Virus record (IMG/VR): IMGVR_UViG_3300014666_000034
Span: 62,001 to 121,547 of that record
Reading direction: 5' to 3' (one strand)
DNA: 59,547 nt
DNA from: an uncultured virus (IMG/VR IMGVR_UViG_3300014666_000034)
Taxonomy: Duplodnaviria; Heunggongvirae; Uroviricota; Caudoviricetes
Both the position numbers and the translations under genes were made by a program. Shown piece after piece: positions 10,030 through 18,497 of the stretch. Within the stretch, counting starts at the first letter, position 1; each line of letters starts with the position of its first letter. The notes beneath the pieces are model-generated. The model was not told the origin of the DNA. It worked only from the letters and a program-made list of their open reading frames with translations, and ran no database searches.

Positions 10030-10221
10030 ATGAGTGGGTTAGAAAGATATGAGAAAATAGGAACATTCCTGTGTGGAAATGAATTCATGGTGACAATCAA
10101 GGCAGAACATGGGACTCATGTAATGACGATGGAGGAGTGGGATCAGATCGTGAGAGGATTGGGATATAGACTGATCCCTACTGGAATGAGATATTTTAGA
10201 AAAGAGAATAGTGTGGCATAG
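10030..10221 (+). CDS. Hypothetical protein
   Basis: RBS GGAGG. Confidence 0.6.
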   Translation: MSGLERYEKIGTFLCGNEFMVTIKAEHGTHVMTMEEWDQIVRGLGYRLIPTGMRYFRKENSVA

Positions 10222-10336
10222 AGATAAAAGGATTATTTTATAGTGAGATTGATGCTATGTTGCTTTTGAATTAGGAAAATTTCGAAGTACAAGCGCTTTA
10301 TAGTTATAGAATCTGCATTTAGAAAGGAGTAAAGTT

Positions 10337-10753
10337 ATGCTAAACGAGAATCAGATTGTTGAAATCGTATGCGACTATTTGAGAAAAACTGGTTACAAAG
10401 TTGAAGAGTCACGAACGACTTACGATAGGGGTTATGATATTGTTGCAAGCAATTGGAAAGGAATAAAACTTATAATAGAGGCTAAAGGTGCTACCAGTTC
10501 AAAACCAAGCTCTAAACTATATAGCAAGGAATTTAATAGAAAGCAAGTTGTTAATCATGTTTCCAGGGCGCTTTACTCTACGGTTAAAGTTATAAATAAG
10601 TACCCTAAATGTGAAGTAGGAATTGCATTGCCACATAACGAATTACATATTAAAGCTATCAAAGATATACAAAATGTTGTTGAACTTCTAAAAATTAAGG
10701 TATACTGGGTTACTGACAATGGAGAGGTGATTGTGGACAAAGAGGCAATCTAA
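10337..10753 (+). CDS. PD-(D/E)XK restriction-endonuclease-like protein (Mrr-cat-like)
   Basis: N-terminal E helix, GYDIVA, IIEAKG motif. Confidence 0.7.
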   Translation: MLNENQIVEIVCDYLRKTGYKVEESRTTYDRGYDIVASNWKGIKLIIEAKGATSSKPSSKLYSKEFNRKQVVNHVSRALYSTVKVINKYPKCEVGIALPHNELHIKAIKDIQNVVELLKIKVYWVTDNGEVIVDKEAI

Positions 10754-10928
10754 TGTAAATGGATCAACGGATTGAGTAAAAATGTGATTGTGTCAAACGG
10801 AGATATAGCCACAGTAGATGATGATATTTATGAAAGATGAGGTGTGTTTTTGTCATAAGGATAGTATTATCGGAAAATACCATTTTAAAGAAGAGTTATT
10901 GAAAATTGTTTCAGGGAGGAGGGCGAAA

Positions 10929-11288
10929 ATGATAAATAATTTTTTAAACAGGAACAATAATTTAGATTCTTTAATAATTTTAGCGATTGGAATCATTATA
11001 CCATTTGTATCCAAATTAATATTTTCTCTTGCTTCTAAAGTAATAAAGAAGTTAGGTCATGTTATTAAATATGAATGTAGTAATTTTAAACGTAGAATGG
11101 CTGGAAAATATACTTTATATGAGATTGAAAAGATTAAAGAAAAACCTGAAAATAAAAGGAGTAAAAAAGAACAAAAGGCGTTAGAAGAATATGAAAAGAT
11201 TATGAAAAACATGGGGGAAGAAATTAGAAGTTTTTCTAACAAGATAAAAGTTATGAATAATGTTATTTCTAATAGAAATGAAAAATAA
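10929..11288 (+). CDS. Membrane-anchored hypothetical protein
   Basis: RBS GGGAGGAGG; one TM segment. Confidence 0.65.
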   Translation: MINNFLNRNNNLDSLIILAIGIIIPFVSKLIFSLASKVIKKLGHVIKYECSNFKRRMAGKYTLYEIEKIKEKPENKRSKKEQKALEEYEKIMKNMGEEIRSFSNKIKVMNNVISNRNEK

Positions 11289-11313
11289 AATAATAGTTTA
11301 ATGGAGGTTATAA

Positions 11314-11751
11314 ATGGCAAGAGTATTTGCAATGCCAGCTTTAAGCTTGGATGATAAGTTATATGATTTTGAGAAAGCTATTAAAGAAAATGCTGAATTT
11401 GTCTATATTTCAATTGATTCATTTAAAAATAAGTGCTCTAATTTGGAAGAAGCAAAAGCTCACGATTATATCATCATAAGATATACTCCTGAACGCAATC
11501 AGAGGGTTGCATATATTTTTATGGTAATGTCTGAGGTAGAATCTATTACAATAAAAGAACTTCCTGATTATGGATATTGGGAAGATGACAGTCTTATAAG
11601 GCCGATGAAAACAGGGAGATTTCTAAAGACAAGATTTATTGAACAGTGCGATTCTGAAAAGTATTGTAATTATAGAGATGGTCGTATATATCATGTAACA
11701 GATGAAGGATTCATTAAGTTTAAAGATGATTTCAATATATTGTATTATTAA
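11314..11751 (+). CDS. Hypothetical protein
   Basis: RBS GGAGGT; bounded by motifs 11286 and 11766. Confidence 0.75.
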   Translation: MARVFAMPALSLDDKLYDFEKAIKENAEFVYISIDSFKNKCSNLEEAKAHDYIIIRYTPERNQRVAYIFMVMSEVESITIKELPDYGYWEDDSLIRPMKTGRFLKTRFIEQCDSEKYCNYRDGRIYHVTDEGFIKFKDDFNILYY

Positions 11752-11798
11752 TTTTGATGCATCAATAAAATTTGAGATTTATAAAGAAAGAAGAATTT

Positions 11799-12692
11799 AT
11801 GAAAGATCTGAAAAGGGATTATCTAATTAAAACGTTCTCTCGAACAAAACGCAAAGATTATGAGAATTATATTATTAATGGAATTTGGCATAAACTGAAT
11901 AGATTTGATATACAGCCAATAACTCAACAATATGTTAAGCGAAGTGATGGTAAATATGCTTTAATAGATTTGTACTTTCCTCAAATAAATCTGGGTATAG
12001 AAATTGACGAAGAATATCATGTTAATAATAATGAACATGATCTATTACGGGAAATGACTATGGAACAGTTACTTAGTTCCTGTGTAGAGACAAAAGATTT
12101 TAAGCTACTTCGAGTTAAAGCATACGGAAGCTTAAATGATATCAACTTGCAGATCGATGAAGTAATAAGAGAGGTTGAACTAAAAGCTATAGAATACGAT
12201 ATTGACGAATGGGATATTTATAAAAATCCTGTCGACCAAGTTATTAAAAATAAAAGATTGTCAGTAAAGGATAATTTATTGTTTGATACCATAGGACAAA
12301 TATGTTTTTGCTTCGGGATAAATAAACCTAAAACTCAGCGTTCGTATTCTTATATCGGAAATAATTATCAACTTTTGTGTCAAAAGCTTGCTATTCAAGT
12401 TGGTAATGATTTTAAGTCAGTATCAAATGGCTGGATAAATATTTTATCTGATGATTGGAATACAATTAGTGAATCCAATGACGATAAATCTGTAATTCGC
12501 ACCAATAGTTCAATATCTTATCCAGAACGCAAAAGAGTTGTTTTTGCTAAAAGTAAAGATACTTTAGGGCGAAATAAATATAGGTTTATTGGTATTTTTA
12601 AACTTAATGTTGACGAATCAAAAAGCGGAGAAGCTATAATATACAATCGAGTTGCTGAAGAACTTGATTTAAGCATATTTTTAATGAGCTAA
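11799..12692 (+). CDS. AbaSI/PvuRts1I-family modification-dependent (5hmC) restriction endonuclease
   Basis: YLIKTFSR..RK.YENYII...QQYV...IDLYFPQINLGIEIDEEYH nuclease signature and C-terminal W.N...RVVFAK.KD.LG...YRF.G of the SRA-like domain. Confidence 0.85.
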   Translation: MKDLKRDYLIKTFSRTKRKDYENYIINGIWHKLNRFDIQPITQQYVKRSDGKYALIDLYFPQINLGIEIDEEYHVNNNEHDLLREMTMEQLLSSCVETKDFKLLRVKAYGSLNDINLQIDEVIREVELKAIEYDIDEWDIYKNPVDQVIKNKRLSVKDNLLFDTIGQICFCFGINKPKTQRSYSYIGNNYQLLCQKLAIQVGNDFKSVSNGWINILSDDWNTISESNDDKSVIRTNSSISYPERKRVVFAKSKDTLGRNKYRFIGIFKLNVDESKSGEAIIYNRVAEELDLSIFLMS

Positions 12693-12738
12693 CTCAATAT
12701 CGATGAAATCCAAGGTTCATATGGAGAAGGGGCATAAT

Positions 12739-13086
12739 ATGTACATAATAAAAGATAGCAATGAAAGGTATTTTGTGAACTGGATCGGCAGCACTCCGGT
12801 GTTTAATGGGGATATATCTTCTGCAAAGGTATTTAATGAGGTTGAAGCAAACGATGCTTTAAAATCCCTAAATAGAATAAATAAAAACAAGTACGAAAAA
12901 ATATTGTGCAATAAAACTCTTATAAAGTCAGGGGTAAACAGAAACAACCCTGAGTGGTATCGTCAGCAGATAGAAGAATTACTAAAGCAATATGAACAGA
13001 AATCAAAAGACACTTATGATTCAGATGGAGCATATCTGGTTTACGAACAAATTGTTGACGAGTTGGGATCAATATTATACGAATAA
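12739..13086 (+). CDS. Hypothetical protein (last unit of array 1)
   Basis: Bounded by motifs 12704 and 13084. Confidence 0.7.
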   Translation: MYIIKDSNERYFVNWIGSTPVFNGDISSAKVFNEVEANDALKSLNRINKNKYEKILCNKTLIKSGVNRNNPEWYRQQIEELLKQYEQKSKDTYDSDGAYLVYEQIVDELGSILYE

Positions 13087-13121
13087 AACTAGGTTTTCAA
13101 ATGAGTTTATGGGTAGTAAAT

Positions 13122-13158
13122 AGGGCATTGGAGAATAATAATCCAGTGCCTTTTATAG
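13122..13158 (+). terminator. Terminator-like hairpin before recombinase
   Basis: AGGGCATTGGA/TCCAGTGCCTT then TTATAG. Confidence 0.6.
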
Positions 13159-13221
13159 TGCTTATAAAGGATATTTTTTTAATTATAACTAGAGAAATAA
13201 TAATAGATGGAGGGAAATATT

Positions 13222-14118
13222 ATGTCAGCGTCAACATTACCAGTAGCCCATGAAATGGGAGAAGTGTTATACTTAAGTGATTACATGGATGAAAAGGAGC
13301 AGGTGCAACAGATGATTCACTTAAAAGCAGATGGAACCGCAGATCTCCGATATGAAAATAAAGACAATGGAGGTAAGGCCTCTACTATGGACTGTTTGTA
13401 CACAGAAGAAGAAATAGAAAGCGTATATAATGTGTTTAAAAGAAAATGTATTAATGCAGAGAGTTTGGCAAAAGCAAAATCTAATATGAGAAATTTGGTG
13501 ATGTACGTATGTGCAATAAATATTGGATTGCGGGTAGGCGATTTATGCTCATTACGATGGAAAAATGTTTTCGATGAAGAATGGAATATAAAGAGCAAAG
13601 AAGATTTTGTTCCTCAAAAGACCATTAAACGAGATAAGGCAGGGAAAACAGTCAGTAGAAAACATATCACCTTAAGATATAATAGCACATTTAAACGATG
13701 TCTATTAGAGTATTTGAAGTGGAAAAGGTTTTACGATTATGAGCCAGAGCTTGATGATTTTATATTTACGAGTCAAAAAGAACATTATAATGAAGACACT
13801 GAGAAAATGGAAAATTGCATCATGCCAAAGGAGTGGCATAAAGTTGTACAAAAAGTATGTAAAGAAGCTGGAATTAAGCAGAAGATAGGGACTCATGGTT
13901 TAAGAAAGACATATGGGCATAGATACTATATGACCTGTGAGAATAAATCAGATGCTTTAATTCAATTAATGACAATATTTGGACATTCAGATATGCGCAT
14001 CACACTTGGATATATTTGTATAACTGGAAAAGAGATTGAAGAAAATCAGGAAAAGATGTGCACTTTTGGCGATTTTGAAACTATTGTGTGGGACGACTAT
14101 TCTAAAGTGGTAGATTGA
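13222..14118 (+). CDS. Tyrosine recombinase (catalytic domain, short N-terminus)
   Basis: GLRVGDL (R), QKT (K), HGLRKT (HxxR), FGHSD (H), TLGYI (Y); RBS GGAGGG. Confidence 0.9.
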   Translation: MSASTLPVAHEMGEVLYLSDYMDEKEQVQQMIHLKADGTADLRYENKDNGGKASTMDCLYTEEEIESVYNVFKRKCINAESLAKAKSNMRNLVMYVCAINIGLRVGDLCSLRWKNVFDEEWNIKSKEDFVPQKTIKRDKAGKTVSRKHITLRYNSTFKRCLLEYLKWKRFYDYEPELDDFIFTSQKEHYNEDTEKMENCIMPKEWHKVVQKVCKEAGIKQKIGTHGLRKTYGHRYYMTCENKSDALIQLMTIFGHSDMRITLGYICITGKEIEENQEKMCTFGDFETIVWDDYSKVVD

Positions 14119-14150
14119 ATATTTGATAAACTATTTGAGGGGGAGATGAA

Positions 14151-14375
14151 ATGACATTTGAAGAATGCTGCCAAGAGTGCTTGAAAAATGATGATTTAAT
14201 AAATCAATTTTGTAGGCTTAAAAAGATTAAAAGACCTGATAGGCTGGCTCCGATTGAAATACTGATAGATCAGGCTTGCGGACAGAATGCTAAGGACAGG
14301 TTTATAAGAGAATTTACAGATTTTGTGTTTTTATGTATATGGATGCCCATGGTAAATAGAGAACTATCTGAGTAG
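14151..14375 (+). CDS. Hypothetical protein
   Basis: RBS GGGGAG. Confidence 0.65.
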   Translation: MTFEECCQECLKNDDLINQFCRLKKIKRPDRLAPIEILIDQACGQNAKDRFIREFTDFVFLCIWMPMVNRELSE

Positions 14376-14407
14376 AATAAAAAAATATTTCTTAAAAGGA
14401 GAAAAAA

Positions 14408-14656
14408 ATGAACGAAGACACCGCGAAGATTGACAACAAATCGAGTGAACGCCTTGTTAAAGAGGCATTAGAGATGAGAAAAGAAAAAGGGCTAACCCAA
14501 AGAGAGCTGTCTCAATTGAGTGGAGTTAATTTATCTGTAATTACCAAAATGGAAAATGGAACGTCATATCCTAAACTATTTACATTTTTAAAAGTTTTGG
14601 GAGCGTTAGATGCAACTCTTCGGTTGGTTCAGTTAAAAGATAAGGCAGAAGAATAA
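14408..14656 (+). CDS. XRE-family helix-turn-helix regulator
   Basis: RKEKGLTQRELSQLSGV...ITKMENG...P. Confidence 0.85.
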   Translation: MNEDTAKIDNKSSERLVKEALEMRKEKGLTQRELSQLSGVNLSVITKMENGTSYPKLFTFLKVLGALDATLRLVQLKDKAEE

Positions 14657-14782
14657 AAGAGATTACGTGTAATAAAGAGTTTCATTAGTAAGTGATATGG
14701 AGGAACAGTCCAGGTGATTAAAATTGAAACTATAGAACTCGACATAAAAGACAGATCAGAATATTAATGTAAAGACGATAGG

Positions 14783-15061
14783 TTATTCACTACCGTCTTT
14801 TTCTTTATCCTTTTGTTCATCACGTTGTATTTTGTCGACATATAAGAGTAATCTGCTGATCTCTGGATCTTCTGAAACAATAATATCGTTGGGGGTGCAT
14901 TTTAAAATTTTACACATAGCTTCAAGTGTTTCAAGTTTAATACTGGTAGAATCGCCAGCATACATTTTATCTACTGTTTTATATGTTACATCAAGACGCT
15001 TTGCGAGTTCATACCTTGTAATGCCCTTTTTGTCAAGAATCTCTTTAATATTTAGTCGCAC
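14783..15061 (-). CDS. XRE/Cro-CI HTH regulator, probable phage repressor
   Basis: KGITRYELAKRLDV...IKLETLEAMCKILKCTPNDI; RBS GAGGG; divergent from downstream operon. Confidence 0.85.
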   Translation of the reverse strand: MRLNIKEILDKKGITRYELAKRLDVTYKTVDKMYAGDSTSIKLETLEAMCKILKCTPNDIIVSEDPEISRLLLYVDKIQRDEQKDKEKDGSE

Positions 15062-15167
15062 ATTTTCCCTCTTTTCATATAAAATTTATACCTATAGATA
15101 CATTACTACATATATATTATCATACTTATACTAAAAAAAATATAGGGAATATTTTACATATAAGTAC

Positions 15168-15196
15168 TTGACTACTATTAGTAAATAATGTATAAT
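15168..15196 (+). promoter_or_regulatory. SigA-type rightward promoter of divergent switch
   Basis: TTGACT-N17-TATAAT. Confidence 0.7.
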
Positions 15197-15256
15197 AGGT
15201 AATATCAAAGGTAAATATTGTGATGATTACATATCACTAAATGAAAGGAGGAGCAT

Positions 15257-15637
15257 ATGGAACTTCACAGATACGATATTATAGAGGCAGAAATTGAATA
15301 TGGAACAGGTTCAATACAGAAAAAGAAACGTCCATATGTGATTGTGAGCAATGAGCATGGTACAGCAAATGCTCGTATCATCACTATAATGCCTTTAACC
15401 CATATAATTAAGAAAGAGTATTTGCCGGTACACGAATGCTTAGAAGCAGAATCAGAAAACGGATTATCAACTTATTCTATGATTCTAGGGGAACAACCAC
15501 AAACCATATGTAAAGACGAGGTAATTCGGAAACTTGGATCTGTTGTAGATGGCAAACAAAGAAATATGATTAATAAGGTTTGTTTTAATACATTTTTCTT
15601 TGGTGAAAAAATTGATTGGGAGGAGATATTCGCATGA
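15257..15637 (+). CDS. PemK/MazF-family endoribonuclease
   Basis: RYDI...GSIQKKKRPYVIVSN...IMPLT...S.IL.EQ..TI.K. Confidence 0.85.
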   Translation: MELHRYDIIEAEIEYGTGSIQKKKRPYVIVSNEHGTANARIITIMPLTHIIKKEYLPVHECLEAESENGLSTYSMILGEQPQTICKDEVIRKLGSVVDGKQRNMINKVCFNTFFFGEKIDWEEIFA

Positions 15638-15912
15638 ACGGAGATTTTATAGTAGTTTCAAAAGAAGAAGCAATCAAAAAGATAATGGAAGCACCTGGTG
15701 ATACAGTGATTATTGGGAAGTTTCTAATTGTTAATCCGCCACATTACATTCATGATAACCCGGTAAGAGGTAAAAAGAAAGATGGAGAATTGCTTATTAT
15801 AGCCGCTAAAGAAATAGAATATCAAAACAACAATTATTTTGGAACACTTTCACTTCACGGCATAAAAGAGGAAGCGGTTATCCACAATATTTTATTCCCA
15901 CAATTGGAATGA
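15634..15912 (+). CDS. Hypothetical protein translationally coupled to MazF-like gene
   Basis: ATGA overlap, RBS GGAGGAG. Confidence 0.7.
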   Translation: MNGDFIVVSKEEAIKKIMEAPGDTVIIGKFLIVNPPHYIHDNPVRGKKKDGELLIIAAKEIEYQNNNYFGTLSLHGIKEEAVIHNILFPQLE

Positions 15913-15925
15913 AATTGACAAAAAT

Positions 15926-15977
15926 CGAACACACATTCGAAAAAAGGCTTGACACAAACGTATGTTCGAAGTATAAT
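15926..15977 (+). promoter_or_regulatory. Consensus SigA promoter with two LexA (SOS/Cheo) boxes
   Basis: TTGACA 15949-15954, N17, TATAAT 15972-15977; CGAAC-ACAC-ATTCG 15926-15939 and CAAAC-GTAT-GTTCG 15955-15968. Confidence 0.8.
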
Positions 15978-16012
15978 CGAAACAGTTCAGACGGCAATAG
16001 TTATCAAGACAC

Positions 16013-16077
16013 AAAAATTGCAGCCTGTCAAGGATCATAGGTGTTGGCGCACCTCCTCTAAACAGACTGCAATTTTT
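16013..16077. terminator. Bidirectional terminator/attenuator hairpin with internal TTGGCG-loop stem
   Basis: AAAAATTGCAGCCTGT / ACAGACTGCAATTTTT enclosing AGGTG-TTGGCG-CACCT. Confidence 0.6.
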
Positions 16078-16168
16078 ACTCGTTTTTACATAAATTCAAT
16101 TCAGTTAGTGTTTAAAACACCTAGAAGTTGAACTTAAGAAAACTTAACAGAATGTTAAGCTCGATTAT

Positions 16169-16197
16169 ATTTTACATAACATTTCGTTATTAGTCAA
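16169..16197 (-). promoter_or_regulatory. Antisense SigA-type promoter convergent with the SOS promoter
   Basis: Minus strand TTGACT-N17-TAAAAT. Confidence 0.55.
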
Positions 16198-16265
16198 GAT
16201 AGTTTCGAGTAAATCAGCGTTTCTGCTAAGAGTTTCCACATTTAAAAAAGAGAATTATATAACAT

Positions 16266-16336
16266 AGCCGATTGGTGTAGTGGTAGCACAAGACACTTTG
16301 ACTGTCTTAGGGTGTGTTCAAGTCACGCATCGGTTA
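16266..16336 (+). tRNA. tRNA-Gln (anticodon TTG), no encoded CCA
   Basis: Cloverleaf: AGCCGAT/ATCGGTT, D GTGT/GCAC, anticodon AGACA-CTTTGAC-TGTCT, T arm GTGTG-TTCAAGT-CACGC. Confidence 0.85.
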
Positions 16337-16380
16337 TTAAATTACACGTAAAATGCAATTTAACGTCAGGAGGACGTGGT

Positions 16381-17478
16381 ATGGAAAGTAGAAGACAAAG
16401 TTACAACATTGAAGACCTTGTAGAAAAAATGGATGAAAAAAACAAATTGACTTTTGATTATCCTATACAGAGAGAAGATGGGCAGTGGGATAAAGGACAG
16501 AAAGCATTATTAATAGATACTGTGTTTAATGGGTATTTGATTCCAGATATATACATAGTCAAAGAGGGAACAGAAGATTTTTCTCCCATGTCTGTTTTAG
16601 ATGGTAAACAGAGGCTTACAACATTATACGATTTTAGCAAAGATAAGTTTGCACTTCCAAAAGATGCAGATGATGTGGTTATTAAAAAGGTATCTTTTGA
16701 CGAAGATAAGAATCCGATTATTGAGGAAAATACATATGCCGTTGCTGGGAAGAAGTTCAGCAAGATAGATCCTACGTTACAGAAGATTTTTAATAAATAC
16801 AAAATTGAAGTAAAGCTCCTCGCTGGATATACAGACGAGCAGATTGAAGAACAGTTCTATCGCTTAAATAACGGGTGTGTATTCACGAAGTCTCAAAAGG
16901 CTAATACAAAACTTGGTACTGATGTAGCTGGGAAAGTCAAAGAGATTGAAGAATGTGATTTCTTTGAGAACCGAGCATCATTCACTAACACTCAGAAAAA
17001 ACGTGGTGAGGTAACAAGCTGTATTTTACAGACCATGATGTTATTGTCAGGATTTGAGTATAAAAACTTTGGTGCAAATGAAGTATTGAGATACGCCAAT
17101 GAAATGAATGCCAATCCAGATTATGAATTGATTGAGCGTACAAAGGAACTGTTTGATAAGTTATTTATTGTATTACCTACATATGACATGGAAATGGACA
17201 AGCAGTTTAAGAAAATACATATACCTACATTAATAATGAATCTGGCAGCGATTGAGGAATTAGATGTTGATTACGAGTTGTCAGATGATGAATATACAGA
17301 GTTTTTAAGTAAGTGGTTTGAAGTTTGGATTGAAACATCTGGATACATGGATTTTTGCGGACAAGGTTCTACCAGTAGATCAAAGGTTGAAGGTAGGATT
17401 GCAACAATGCAAAAGGAATTAAGAGAATATGCTATACAATTATCAATGGAAGGAGAAGACAGTAGTGAAGGCATCTAA
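16381..17478 (+). CDS. DUF262 (GmrS-like, ParB/Srx fold) protein
   Basis: IQRE..QW...LIDTV...IP.IY...VLDGKQRLTT...FYRLNNG; RBS AGGAGG. Confidence 0.85.
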   Translation: MESRRQSYNIEDLVEKMDEKNKLTFDYPIQREDGQWDKGQKALLIDTVFNGYLIPDIYIVKEGTEDFSPMSVLDGKQRLTTLYDFSKDKFALPKDADDVVIKKVSFDEDKNPIIEENTYAVAGKKFSKIDPTLQKIFNKYKIEVKLLAGYTDEQIEEQFYRLNNGCVFTKSQKANTKLGTDVAGKVKEIEECDFFENRASFTNTQKKRGEVTSCILQTMMLLSGFEYKNFGANEVLRYANEMNANPDYELIERTKELFDKLFIVLPTYDMEMDKQFKKIHIPTLIMNLAAIEELDVDYELSDDEYTEFLSKWFEVWIETSGYMDFCGQGSTSRSKVEGRIATMQKELREYAIQLSMEGEDSSEGI

Positions 17479-18496
17479 GATGAAAATAGCAGATTTAAAA
17501 CCGCATCCTAAAAATGCTGAAATATATGGGTATAACGAAGATGTTAGTGAATTGGTAGAGAAAATTCGAAGAAGTAAAAAAGTCCATACTCTGACAGTTA
17601 ATTCAAGTGGGTTTATTCTAGCAGGCAATAGTCGGTATAAAGCCTGTATAGAACTTGGAATTGGCGAAGTCAATGTAGAAGTTATCGACTTTGAGACACT
17701 AGAGGAAGAGATTGAGTATATCATTAATGACAATGCTACTAGAGAAAAGACGGTAGAACAGAAGTCAAGGGAAGCTAAGGCTCTAAAAGAAGTTGAGAGT
17801 GTGTTGGCTGAGAAAAGAAGGCGTTCAACCCAGAATAATAATACAGGTAGACAATTAGCAGAGGTGCCAGATTCGGCACCACAGGATAATATAGGAAAGT
17901 CTCGCGATATTACAGCCAAGAAAGTAGGCTTACGTTCTGGACATGAGGTGGACAGAGCAATTACTACCGTCAAAATTATCGACAAATTAGAAAACGAAGG
18001 TAGAAGAGAGGAAGCGGATTTAGTTCGAGCAGTATTAAATAAGAGAAGTGTTTCTACTGCCGAGGAGTTGGCCAAAAATATTGATAAGGTAGATATCCCC
18101 GAAGATGATATTGAGCTAATTAAAATGGGAAGAAAAAGTCCTTATTCATATATTGAATCTGCTAAAAAGAAGGACAAAGAGCCTGATGCTCCTAAACAAG
18201 AACCACAAGTAGATCCTAATGAATTTTTAAAAGGAAAGACTACAAAGGAGATTATTGATAACTATGTCAATAACGGGGCAATCATCAAACCAGGAACAAA
18301 AATAGAGAAGAGTAAGTTGTTGCAGAAATTAGAAAAGCACATTGACGTTTTTTCTATGGGTATGGTTGAGTGCATGATGTATCAAAAAGAAATTCATCAG
18401 TTCACGGAGAAAGATATAGATGAGCTGAGAATATGCTTCAATAAAATAATATCCGATTTAAACGGATACAAAAATTTATTTCTAGGAGGAAAATAA
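17465..18496 (+). CDS. ParB N-terminal domain protein
   Basis: IADLKPHPKN..IY...ILAGNSRYKAC...INDN. Confidence 0.8.
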   Translation: MKASKMKIADLKPHPKNAEIYGYNEDVSELVEKIRRSKKVHTLTVNSSGFILAGNSRYKACIELGIGEVNVEVIDFETLEEEIEYIINDNATREKTVEQKSREAKALKEVESVLAEKRRRSTQNNNTGRQLAEVPDSAPQDNIGKSRDITAKKVGLRSGHEVDRAITTVKIIDKLENEGRREEADLVRAVLNKRSVSTAEELAKNIDKVDIPEDDIELIKMGRKSPYSYIESAKKKDKEPDAPKQEPQVDPNEFLKGKTTKEIIDNYVNNGAIIKPGTKIEKSKLLQKLEKHIDVFSMGMVECMMYQKEIHQFTEKDIDELRICFNKIISDLNGYKNLFLGGK

Positions 18497-18497
18497 T

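Larger units (their letters stand above)
1356..13099. repeat. Array 1 of dispersed TRAAA-N6-TTTYA junction motifs
   Basis: Copies starting at 1356, 1651, 3801, 4074, 4510, 4827, 5723, 6307, 6888, 7629, 7827, 8401, 8529, 10225, 10307, 11286, 11766, 12704, 13084; all at gene junctions. Confidence 0.85.

Noticed and set aside
13166..13199. SigH-type promoter upstream of the recombinase
   Set aside because: The AGGA to GAA spacing is longer than the SigH consensus and the -10 match is poor.
1887..14395. Weak junction-motif candidates (1887, 2574, 5514, 8982, 9505, 10872, 14378)
   Set aside because: Degenerate arms or wrong spacer length in AT-rich DNA; excluded from the counts.
15949..16131. 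60-aa ORF starting at TTG 15949
   Set aside because: Its start is the -35 hexamer of the promoter; no RBS.
16312..16380. N-terminal extension of the DUF262 ORF from GTG 16312
   Set aside because: Overlaps the tRNA; ATG 16381 has a strong RBS.
17443..18075. Long minus-strand ORFs (e.g. 17443-18075, 30327-30785, 55437-55856)
   Set aside because: Antisense shadows of well-supported plus-strand genes, with no RBS or recognisable motifs.
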